From Tubiluchus corallicola (lineage: Eukaryota; Animalia; Priapulida): a DNA stretch of 64,000 nt. Positions within the stretch are counted from its first letter, which is position 1. Each line of letters begins with the position of its first letter. This document shows positions 53,472-64,000 of this stretch, one piece after another. The DNA lies in assembly GCA_030141605.1 (NCBI GenBank), contig JAQGDQ010000166.1, forward strand, positions 378,570-442,569. Direction: 5' to 3'. A program made the position numbers and the translations under genes. The notes under the pieces are model-generated. The model saw only the letters and a list, made by a program, of their open reading frames with translations, had not been told where the DNA came from and did not search any database.

Positions 53472-53885
53472 GTAATTTTGTCTGTTAAAACATAAAAATC
53501 ATTGTAAATGAACATTAAATGCCGTGCTCGTCCCCATAGGGTTGCCACACATAATAATATTTCAGTTATTTTCAAGATTGGCAATTTTTCAGAACAATTT
53601 TTGCTAGATTGCGTGTATTTTCAATACCTCTGGAGGGAAAACGATTGTTCATGATGATAAAACCCATAACAAGCCTTTTCACATTTCCAGCGATTGAGGA
53701 TGATCGCACAAAGGTCAAAGGTCAACTGTACCAGACAACGCGTTTGTGTTGCGGCAGACGTGAACTGATGCGGCTGACGGCTTTACTGTAACCACATGTC
53801 ACGTGACGGCTATAGCTAAGACGCATTGCTGTGGTACACTTGACCTTTGACCTGCTGTAACTGCGCATGCACGAGAAGGCTTTTT

Positions 53886-54836
53886 AATTGAATTTTTAAC
53901 CAAGGTTGGAAAAAAGTTAATGTGGTAAAGCAGCACAGCCTGGATTTGAACCAGGGCCTTCTGCTTACAAGTAGATGCAACAACTCCTAGACAACTATAT
54001 TCTTCAATGATCGTGACATTCCAAAGTTCATTTCTTACGGGCTGACCAGTCAGTTGAGAGTTTTGAATGTTAGGTTGCTCAAGCTAGAGTGATTCTAACT
54101 AATTATGTTAATTTAATTATAATAGAGTGATTCTAATTAAGATTCTGCTTCACAACGGATTTACATCCTATTACATCCAGTTTTTATTTGTGTATGCTTT
54201 TTTAATAAGAATTCAGGGGTCACAAAACTCACAGGGCACACTCACAGGTAGGGGCTTTATGACCCATCACCCGGGGTCAAAGGTCGCTGAGTGGGAGGAG
54301 CTTCTTTATTTTTCGTTACTTAGTCATTTTCCACCAGGAAAAAATGTAATTGGGGTCAGTTACATTGGGGTCAGTAACTGGTCGTTCCAGTGTCGACCAA
54401 CAATATGTTGTATTACATTAAATGAAAGGTCTCGATGAGACGAACTGAATGATGTGAGTCATTCACACACTGGTTGACCCCTGACTTCAAGGTTAATAGT
54501 CAAAAATGAGATTTTTTGATTTTAGTATCTTATAGTGCATATCATGAAACTAGTCACAGAAGCAGAGTCTTGCCACAGTTTCTGACTGGGTCAAACATTC
54601 ATTATTCTATTTTGATTAATTTTGTATTTGAATCGCTTTAGCGTAAGTAATCTAACATTGGAAATGCTGAATTTGGCTGACCAGCTATAAGGGATCAATG
54701 GTCGCTAAAGAACACAGTTGTTTAGTGGTTATGGTGTCTGCTTTATAAGCAGAAGATCTCTGATTCAATTCCAGTCTGTGCTCCAACTTTTTCACATTTC
54801 CTGTTTTTCAAGATTGGTTTCAAAATTTAATTAATT
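53886..54836. mobile_element. Element with about 230-bp inverted arms, each holding a tRNA-like sequence
   Basis: tRNA-like segments at 53930-53996 (-) and 54711-54785 (+) with A-box, anticodon-like stem TCTGC...GCAGA and TTCAA T-loop; arms align beyond the tRNA parts. Confidence 0.6.
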
Positions 54837-55053
<217 letters not shown>

Positions 55054-55430
55054 CATCATTATTATCACATTCAGTACAATATAATGACGTTCAACACATG
55101 GTGACGTCAAAATTGTTACTTCGTACTGTATGTTTCATACACTATCGTTATCATAAAAGAATAATTGTACTGCAGTGGGGCTAGAGAAGCAACGGCTACT
55201 ATAGACCCACCGTCATGTGAACCATATAAAAAGGAATGGATGAGTGAACAAAAAAGGACAGGGAGAAACGTTAGATCACACAGGACAGGAATAATCATGT
55301 GTTAGTGGGAATAGTAGGAAGAAAGACAGTAGATTGTCTAATGAACATCATGAATAATCTTGTTATTAAGGCTCTATAATGATCAATTGTATCACATTAA
55401 TTTTTGGTCTATATCTTATTCCTTTTTCAG

Positions 55431-55534
55431 TTTAACTCACTTATAGACGTGCTCAAAGACATGCTAAATTTGATAGATAAGAATCAAAGTAGTAAACTAA
55501 ATACAGAATCCCTGCCTGTACCTGGATCAGAGAA
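55431..55534 (+). CDS. SCYL2: SCYL2-like exon 16
   Basis: FNSLIDVLKDMLNLIDKNQSSKLNTESLPVPGSE; |gtaagt, phase 2. Confidence 0.87.
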
Positions 55535-55712
55535 GTAAGTAACTCGATGATAGACACTTAGTTAGCCTATTTTTTATTTCCAGTACTTATACTCGTAGTT
55601 TTCAAGACTGGTAGATTTAAATCTTGAAGATTTTTTCGGTTTTCCTACCACCACACATTTGCGAGGACATAACTATAAACTTTTTATAAATTCTTGCAAT
55701 TTTAACAGGAAA

Positions 55713-55898
55713 GTTTTGGCTAGCTTCCTGTAGATAAATTGACAATGTCATAACTGAGGTGATTCCATATACTACAAATTCTGTTTATACACATGTTTAT
55801 ACAAGTTCAACCTAGAATTTGTAGTATATGGAATGACCTGAGTTATGATATTGTCAATTTATTTCGTCTGTCAGTTTTTAGTAGGAAGCTAGCCAAAA
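55713..55898. repeat. Long palindrome / foldback MITE
   Basis: TTCCATATACTACAAATTCT vs AGAATTTGTAGTATATGGAA; TTTTGGCTAGCTTCCT vs AGGAAGCTAGCCAAAA. Confidence 0.8.
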
Positions 55899-56201
55899 AT
55901 ATATGCAAATTTGACCGATTTCTATAAAACATTATTACCTTAAATTCAATGGTCTTTCACAATTTTCATAAATTTACACTTTGTATATATTTTATTGATT
56001 TTTTATTTTATCGTATTTTTAATGTAAGTAATGTAAATTTTATCCAGTGCAAACTGACGTATTTTAACTTTGCCGCTTCACAGTATAGGCTGGCCCAAGT
56101 TCCCAGAAGGCTTGGCCTTTCCTTTAAAGTTTGAATCAGAATGCTTGATGAAGATTTTGCTATAAGTGTCGTAGTAAACATTGAAATCTTGATATTTTCA
56201 G

Positions 56202-56294
56202 ACCGTACGCGATACGACATCGACATTCTATGACTGATGCACCATCGGTTGAAATGTTAAGTAATCTTGACAACAATTCGGCAGACTCGCTGAG
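56202..56294 (+). CDS. SCYL2: SCYL2-like exon 17 (symmetric phase 2-2, paralog of exon 18)
   Basis: tttcag|A CCG; PYAIRHRHSMTDAPSVEMLSNLDNNSADSL; ag|gtaaat; 93 nt. Confidence 0.7.
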
Positions 56295-57369
56295 GTAAAT
56301 GAACTTCTACGTTGCCTCCTATTACTACTACAAGATGGCTGCCATTTACGCATTCCATTCCATATGCACTCATATGTCGTGCATAAATGTCATATGTCTT
56401 ACATAAATTATGCTGATTAAACGACTAAAGACGCTGACATAAAAGCTAGGCTACACGTGTCGTTGCACGCTGCTTGGATGTAAACAAAGTGACGGCCCGT
56501 CAGCTAGCGGTCAGCTCACGAAACAACGGACAGTGTCCGTAGTAGCCGGTTTTAATGGTCCAGATTTTGTCTGAATTTTCCGACATCTATAAAAGCGAGG
56601 TCCGGCGAACCGAAATACGAGTGTAATCCAACTTAATTTGTCTAATTAATTAGCAATATTAATTAGCAAATTCTTCATGAGGAATTCCGCCGCCTGCTAG
56701 AAGCTATGCGTCCTCCTCGTGAGAAATTTGCCGCATGGCAGAAATACTGCATGTTCCATTTTCGTGAGGAATACTCGCGGAATTCGGTCATAAATTTAAC
56801 TACTCAATTACTTCTTTCTTATTTAGCGAACAACAATAAGCATATTTCAGCATAAAAATTATAAGATTTAATCTCTTTTTGACAGACTGACGATTTTATG
56901 TTTTTTAATGCAACTTCGATGGCTATTTTCGTGAAAAAGACAAATAATGCACCTATATATATTTTTTATATATGTATATTTTCAGAAGTGGTTAGTAGAA
57001 CTTTATTAAAAATTATGCAGGTCTGGTAATACTTTGACTAACATTACTAATTGTACTTCGTATATGAGAAATACGGCTAGTATAACTTAATTTAGGCCCG
57101 ATTATACAATTTAAAACTCGCAAAGTAGCTACAGCTAACTGAACTAGCGGAAAAAAAACGCGCGGTTTCACTGTGAAATGAACTTTCTTGCTGCATGGAA
57201 TTTCGAGAAAAAATCAGAAATTGTCTAAATAGTTTTTCATTTTCTAACAACAGTTTCATGCGTCATTTTTCCTTGCTTCCTCACTGTGAAATGGGCTTAA
57301 CGTTGTTACTGATGATGCGATAACTTTTTACAAAATTTTCAAAACAAATCCATTTCTATTACAGTCACT

Positions 57370-57795
57370 TAAAAACATTTATAGTTAAAACAACACAACT
57401 TTATAGTAACTTTCATATTAAAAAGTTAAAATTATGCCAAACGTTTCTACAGGCTGCTGCTGTCATCATCAGTAGTAAATTTACAAACATACAAGCAGTA
57501 AGCAGACCAGTAAAGAAATTGGTACAGTAACTTATGCACTAATTATGTGACAAAAGCCAAATTGGTAATGATTAAGCAGGCCTGGAGAAAAGAAATTGAT
57601 ACAATAACTTAAGTACTAATTACCCATTTAGCTTCTTTTAACTATTTAATTAGTACGTAATAGGCTCTGCCTACATAAACTGATTTACCACTGATAATGA
57701 CAGCAGAAGTCTGTCGAAACGTTTGGCATGATTTTGACTTTTTAATGTAAAAGTTTTAATAAAATTGTGTTATTTTTAACTATAAATTTTCAAAA
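57370..57795. mobile_element. Penelope-like inverted pLTR pair with minimal hammerhead motifs. Related: 20690-21170, 18150-18245
   Basis: CTGAT(G/A)A-TGACAG-loop-CTGT(C/A)-GAAACGTTTGGCA on both strands; arms are reverse complements. Confidence 0.65.
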
Positions 57796-58057
57796 CAGAT
57801 AGTAAAGAATGCAAAATGTGAAGAGAGCTTGCTACAAAATCATAAACAACACAGTCGTTTCTTCAATTTATTATGCCACGCAAGCCAAGCAACTAATAAT
57901 GGTAATCATAATAATATGTGGGCTGATATCTTGGCGAATATATAAATTTCACGCGTTGTCCATTCATTATTTATCGCCTTAATGGCTCGACATAGACAGT
58001 TCGTCGTTTGATATTACGCTTTGATATTTGTTAGTGTTCATCAAAGTTTCATTGCAG

Positions 58058-58174
58058 ACCGCAGGTGCTGAGACATCGACACAGCATGACAGACGTACCA
58101 CAGCACGAGATACAACAGCTTAGAGAAAGGTATGAAAAGGAACAGGCTTCAAAAGAGAGACGAGGGTCAATTAC
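58058..58174 (+). CDS. SCYL2: SCYL2-like exon 18 (symmetric phase 2-2, in-frame alternative donor after 58129)
   Basis: ttgcag|A CCG; PQVLRHRHSMTDVPQHEIQQLRERYEKEQASKERRGSI; |gtgagt; 117 nt. Confidence 0.72.
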
Positions 58175-59375
58175 GTGAGTAAAAGACACTCTATCAGCCT
58201 GTGCACAATGATCGGCATGCTGCATGGAGCAGCTAGAATCTTGACTCATGCACGACAGATGCAATTAGGACATTTTTATTGTGTTTTATCGGTTAATTTT
58301 AGTGTAAGATTTTCATAGTATCATCCGACAGAAGGTTTATTATTTAGTGTTCTTGCAATGCCAGTATTTTTTGTCTATGATTAATTTCTCTTAGTCAGAT
58401 TTGAACTAGCATTTTTGATGGATTATTAGTTAGCATATGTGTAACACGATGAGTTTAATTAGACCTCTTAATTAGATTAATTAGATCAGTTATAAGCTTT
58501 TATTTTTAAAACTTCAGTAATTCTGATTTAAAAAGCTCATAATTTTAATGATCCGGGACGTATTCACCAAAAGGTTAAATAAGCCGTAGCTTAGAGCGAC
58601 AGAATTTTTTATTGACCTTGTGTTAAAAAATTCTTATTCTCCTATGAAAATGCATATCTTTTCGTATTCATATAAATCACCTATAATTTAGTAATAAACT
58701 ACAGGCAGTTACTGAATGGTCTTTTATATAAATGCCATATAACAAACAAGTATTTTTAATTGGCCCAGTGTTAAAAAATTCTTATTCTCTTCTGAAAAAG
58801 TATATTTTTTCAGATTCATATAAATCACCTGTAATTTAGTAATAAACTACAGGCAGTTACTGAGTCGTCTTTTATATAAAGGCCATATAACAAACAAGTA
58901 TTTTTTACTGGCCAAGTGTTAAAAAATTCTTGTTCTCCTATGAAAATGAACATCTTTTCCAATTCATATAAATCACCTGTAATTTAAATAAACTACAGAC
59001 AGTTACTGAGTCGTCTTTTATATAATCGCCGTATAACAAAAAAGTACAAGTGTTACATTAATGGTACAAGATCACAAGCATTTGTGCTCCTTGCTTAAAT
59101 ATAAGTGCTATGCAGATATATGTAATTCTATGCAGATATATGTAATTCACACTAAGCATGTTGCTTCGTAAGTAATTGTTCTACTAATACATCGTGAGCG
59201 TTTGTGCATTTGGGCTTCTTATAAAAGCAACTATAAATCCACCACAGAGATGGGTATGCAACTGACCTATCAGCCTAGGGAATCGTAATGTTTTGACACG
59301 CCCCTAAAAATAACTTGATCATAACTATATGAAGTATTAATAGCTGTGATGCTTGCTTGCTACATAACATCATTC

Positions 59376-59640
59376 TAGTCTAGGTTAGCAAGTTTTTTTT
59401 ATTATTATTAAATGTACTTATTTATTATTATTAAATAATTTTAGTTGTTTATATATTGACATCTACTTATTTTAATGTACGGAATTGTTGAACTGCACAG
59501 AAGTTTTAGTCTAGGTTAGCAAGTTTTTTTTATTATTATTATTAAATGTACTTATTTATTATTATTAAATAATTTTAGTTGTTTATATATTGACATCTAC
59601 TTATTTTAATGTACGGAATTGTTGAACTGCACAGAAGTTT
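59376..59640. repeat. About 131-bp tandem duplication
   Basis: TAGTCTAGGTTAGCAAG at 59376 and 59507. Confidence 0.9.
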
Positions 59641-60476
59641 TGTTTTAATTTAAGCAAGCAAAAATCACAGCTCAAACATTGTTATGAAATTATAATGTTA
59701 AACTGTAAGAATGAGTGAAAACATTTGACAATTCATTCACAGTTTTTACGTGAAGGAAATTCTCTTTTTCGATTAATATTTTGGATTTTGCTAACAATTA
59801 TAATTTGGTCCTGGCGAAGATTTGGGAATGTTTTAGCGTGTTTGTTTTGTAGCTAGTACACTAACAAGCCTTTTCACAGTTCCAGCGATTGACGATGATC
59901 ATGAAAAGGTTAACTGTACCAGACAACACATTTGTGTGCACTTGACAACGCCTCGTAGCCCATGCTATCATAATAGTAGCAGTTTTAATAGCTAACCAGA
60001 AACTTACCTAGTTCATTTTTTCTTGTTCCCAAGCAAGATCCTGCGAAGTAAATCAGTCTACGCACAGACTAATGCATAATTAAGTAAATTCCACGTAAAA
60101 CCACTGAAATTACTGAACTGAAGCAGCCATGGCTTTACTTTACCCACATGTCATGTGAGGGTTGTAGTTAAGACACGCTGCTGTGGTGCACTTAACCTTT
60201 GAGCTGCAGCAACTACGCATGCGCACAACGAAGCTGTGAAAAAGCTTATTCCATAAACTTTTTACTGATTTGCTTTTCTGAAATGGTGGCAGAAACTGTT
60301 TCTTAATTACCAGACTTTGATTAATTAATTAGTATTAGACTTTGCAGTGTTTAAACGTGATAGAGTAGACTTAATGCAAACTACTGAGGCCGTGTCTGAG
60401 AAAGTATTTGTTCTCATTAATTAGCATACTGCCTAGTTGACATATTGACTTAACAGCTTCATATTCCCTTCTGCAG

Positions 60477-60688
60477 GAAGACGTCGCCCAGATCGTCCGC
60501 TGTCGGTATGACAACCGGAAGTTTCAGCATCCCAAACATCCGTATTCATCGGAATAGCGTCGTCGATCCACACGACATGAACGTGCTGCTGCACAAAAAG
60601 GGAGGTCACAGTGGAAGCGGTACCAACTTTCTCAGCATTGAAGAAATGAACGCATTTGGGAGGCGATTATCAGCTGGGGGAATTTCAG
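60477..60688 (+). CDS. SCYL2: SCYL2-like exon 19
   Basis: cttctgcag|; KTSPRSSAVGMTTGSFSIPNIRIHRNS...RRLSAGGIS; cag|gtggga, phase 1. Confidence 0.75.
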
Positions 60689-60959
60689 GTGGGAGTCTCT
60701 TTTTTACAAAGTAAAGGGGATTTATTTGTATTCATATTTATTAGTGCCAAAAACAAAACATACATACAAACGTTTTAAAATTATATAAATTTGTTATCTG
60801 TTATATGTGTTTTTTGGCTCTATACCTATAATGTAGTAGCTCTGTTTTGTACTTTTGTATTTTGTTGTTGATTTGGCGTATGCATGTAATTGTAATATAA
60901 TGTGTACGCCAATAATAAATTCTAAATTCTATCATTTGAGTTTCGAAATAGTGAAACAG

Positions 60960-61529
60960 CAAACAAACAAAACAATTGCTGATAAAACAAATATTATTAA
61001 ATCTTCCTGTTAGTTATTTAATGAAAAGTTTAACGATTAGTATTTAAAATAAATTGTCATTCAACAGGCCTCATTTTCAATGATATGATTACATAGTATA
61101 TTGTTCATCGTATCTTAAAAACGCTTTTTCAACATAATCAATAAATGGCTTAATTACTTCTAAATCATTACTCCCCGTCAGGAATAAAAATTCATCAGCA
61201 TCGTTCATAAGGAAAAATTCTGGTTTAATTACATTGATGTGATTACATAATTTTCCTCTAAGATCATTGTAATATGGACATTTTATAACAAAGTGTAATT
61301 CGTCTTTGATTTCATTTCTTAAACAGTACGAGCATATGCGATTCTCAGCCGGGATTTTTCTAGGTTTAACGTACCTCCCTCTTTCAATACACAAAGTATG
61401 AGAGCTGATTCTCAGTTTTGTAAATTTTGTTATAGTATATTTGGAATAACCAGAAAGTAAATAGTTTCTAGTTGGTATTGTTTTTTGAAGGTTCGATATA
61501 TTCGCAGTTTGTTTTGCATTTGTTTGCAT
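60960..61529 (-). mobile_element. 3' end of a CR1/L2-group LINE. Homolog at about 27650-27735 and 28080-28270 (+)
   Basis: KLRISSHTLCIERGRY...CSYC...DELHF..CPYYNDLR C-terminal motif. Confidence 0.8.
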
Positions 61530-62199
61530 TTAAAAAGAGATTTTAAAGCACGAGAAAACACTCCACTTACATAAAACTTAAAAATTCGCCTCGAAATTTT
61601 ATACCACTTACATCCTGCCTTTTTGCATGCAGGACTTGTGTGGACAGTAATGCTATATAAAACATGTAAACTTAAACTCCGTTAGACGCAGCCAATTTGA
61701 TGGTAGGTCGTTTGAAACAAGTTTAGAAAACACTGGGTAAACTTTGGAAAAATAATCAGAGCATTCGTAGCACACATGTTGCTAAATGATTAAAATTTTA
61801 AATTACTGCATCTTGTCAATAAGATAAAAAATACATTTTGGTTAGTTAGTGGCACACACTGGCGGTGAGTCAATGACATTCTTTATGAATTGATAGGAAC
61901 ATTTTAAATTATTATTTCTAGTTACCTTCCCCTGATTTACTTTTGCTTAAGTGACGTCATGTAATGGCGCCATCAGAACACTGTTGCGTGAGATTTAAAA
62001 TGAAAACAAACAAAAATTCCTGTTAACGCGACTACGATATACACTTATAATTGCTATAAAGTAATATAATTTCTTAAGGCGCTTTTTCTGAAACGTACTT
62101 CAGGTACCCCTTTTCTTGTCCTTTAATTCGTCATAGTGTAGCTGCATGAATCAGAACTCTATGCTGTTAGGCTTACATGTTTGTTTGCTAATGTTTCAG

Positions 62200-62300
62200 C
62201 TCCATCAAGTCCTGACAGGAAATTCCAGGGTGACACACCATCGAGTCCATTATTACAACAACGACGACATTCTAGCATCACTAACATTGGTGCTCAAGTG
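62200..62300 (+). CDS. SCYL2: SCYL2-like exon 20
   Basis: tttcag|CT; PSSPDRKFQGDTPSSPLLQQRRHSSITNIGAQV; |gtgggt; phase matches exon 19. Confidence 0.7.
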
Positions 62301-62439
62301 GTGGGTATAACTTCTGAACAAGTACTCTAACGTCCGCAAGATGCAGCTACCACAGTTGATGAATTTGTGAATACTAAAATGAACGTTTATTAAATGAGCA
62401 TCAGTTTAGATAACAATTTGGACAAAGCAAATCTCACAT

Positions 62440-63385
62440 TACATAACTTCTATCATCACCATCATCCAATGACTCATACGTCCAGGGACACTCTGCCAGG
62501 ACTCCCTGCTTGCTGCAATGCCCCAAGTACATTTATTTCTAAGGATCAATGCTGAAGTGTTTAAATCTTTCTGTGCAAAATCTAAATATGTTAACATTTG
62601 TCCTCCTGCAGGTTTTTTAGCTGGTTCTATGGCTTCTTGAAGAGCTATCTTCATTGACATATCATCAAGTAGTCTCAGCATATGTCCAATTCATCTTAAA
62701 CGGCATCTTTTTATTTTTCTTGTGCAAGGTTCTTTTATTTTTTCATATAGATCTTTGTTTAAAATTTTCTTTGGCCATCTAATACCCAAAATGTTTCTGT
62801 AATTTCGCCTTTGAAACGCATCGATATCAGCTTTATGATTTGCTTTTAATGTCCAAAGCTCAGAGTTATACAGAAATACAGTTTCAACTAAGGCAGAGAA
62901 TATTCTAATTTTTTTCCAAAGAAATATTCCTATTCTCAAAAACTTTTGTGAGTTTTGAGTAAGCTGATAATGCCATTATCTTCCGTCTTGATATGTCGTC
63001 TTCTGTTGCCAGGAGACTACCGAGATACTTGCATCTTTGCCATGATTCATCACCATGGCGTGTTATGTGAAACTCTTCAGTTTTATTTTTGTTTACAACG
63101 AGATTCATTCTGTTCAGTTTCTCCTCTACTGAGTTTTTTTATTCCATCTACTTCTTCTTTGTTTCTTGTAATCCATGCCACATCATCAGCACACTGCATA
63201 GATATAGTAGTTGACTTACTTTGTAGAGAGCTCTAACTGTGTTTTTGTCTTACTTCATTCGGTATTAATTCAGGATCAAGAATTGCATAATTGTGATCTT
63301 CTAGGTCTTTCAATGTCCTCAGTGAGAGTTATGGCAAGATATAAAGTAAAAAGTATAGGGCTTAGGCAGTCACCCTGAGGTACTC
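62440..63385 (-). mobile_element. Decayed non-LTR retrotransposon RT (RTE-like). Homologous plus-strand fragment at 18245-18460
   Basis: PQGDCLSPILF, (C)ADDVAW, VNKNKTE, KYLGS, FLYNSELWT, ILGIRWP, with frameshifts and stops. Confidence 0.8.
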
Positions 63386-64000
63386 TTTTGTTTGTAGAAA
63401 ATGGCTGACTCAATAACTTCTATCTCGTGATGAGCGCGCTTAAACAATGAGGGAGATCTTAGTAAGAGCAAACATTAAAATATTAGCCATAGATAACAAC
63501 ACGTCACCAGTACAGCTGTGATTTTTACGTATAATAGTTATGGAACTTAGCATTGATTTAGTTAGATAAGAGGTGAGCTGAAAACAATCAAACAGAGCTC
63601 TTATTAAAGGCAAGCCTGAAAAAATTCTGAAATAAATCAAATACTTTGTTTTAGCTCGTTTGCTTATATTTGCTCAGATTACAAGCTTGATGAACTGCTA
63701 CGCAAAAAATCGCAACGTAACGCACAAAAAAGTAGAACAATGTTTAAGATAAAGATGCTTCGAAAAAATTGACAAATTTTATTATGTAACTATTCTGTTG
63801 CCTGTATTTCATAAAATTATAAAATTAGTGTACATGAAAATTCACACATCACCCAAAACATGCCAACACTTGGGTATATTCGTCATAATTATTGAAACAG
63901 TAAAAGAAACAGTGGGGGTTAAACGGTAAATAATATTTGCACGTTTACAAATATAGCATAATAATGCTCTTTGTTATATTATATATATATATATGTATAT

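Noticed and set aside
54711-54785. Functional tRNA gene
   Set aside because: Acceptor stem and T-arm are degenerate, and an inverted diverged partner has a different anticodon loop.

Overview
AT-rich, repeat-dense animal (probably invertebrate) nuclear DNA, not prokaryotic. It holds three protein-coding loci. (1) An intronless minus-strand TTLL4-like tubulin glutamylase (about 6216-4541) with an unexpected N-terminal signal peptide/anchor and one 1-nt frameshift. (2) An intronless minus-strand heparan sulfate 3-O-sulfotransferase-like gene (10171-9250) with an in-frame TGA and a frameshifting deletion, probably a pseudogene. (3) A plus-strand SCYL2-family pseudokinase/HEAT gene rebuilt here as 20 phase-consistent coding exons (23479-62300, probably continuing). 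The most striking structure is in that gene: the last 27 nt of one exon plus its splice donor are amplified into 27 in-frame 33-bp units (48646-49536), an array of 27 potential donors. The gene also has a GC-AG intron, a pair of duplicated symmetric exons and other duplicated splice-site segments. The rest is MITEs (Kolobok-, hAT-, Tc1/mariner- and Foldback/Mutator-like), Helitron-like elements, a 5S-derived SINE, Penelope-like remnants with minimal hammerhead motifs, LINE fragments, minisatellites and microsatellites. Family assignments come from remembered motifs, not database searches.
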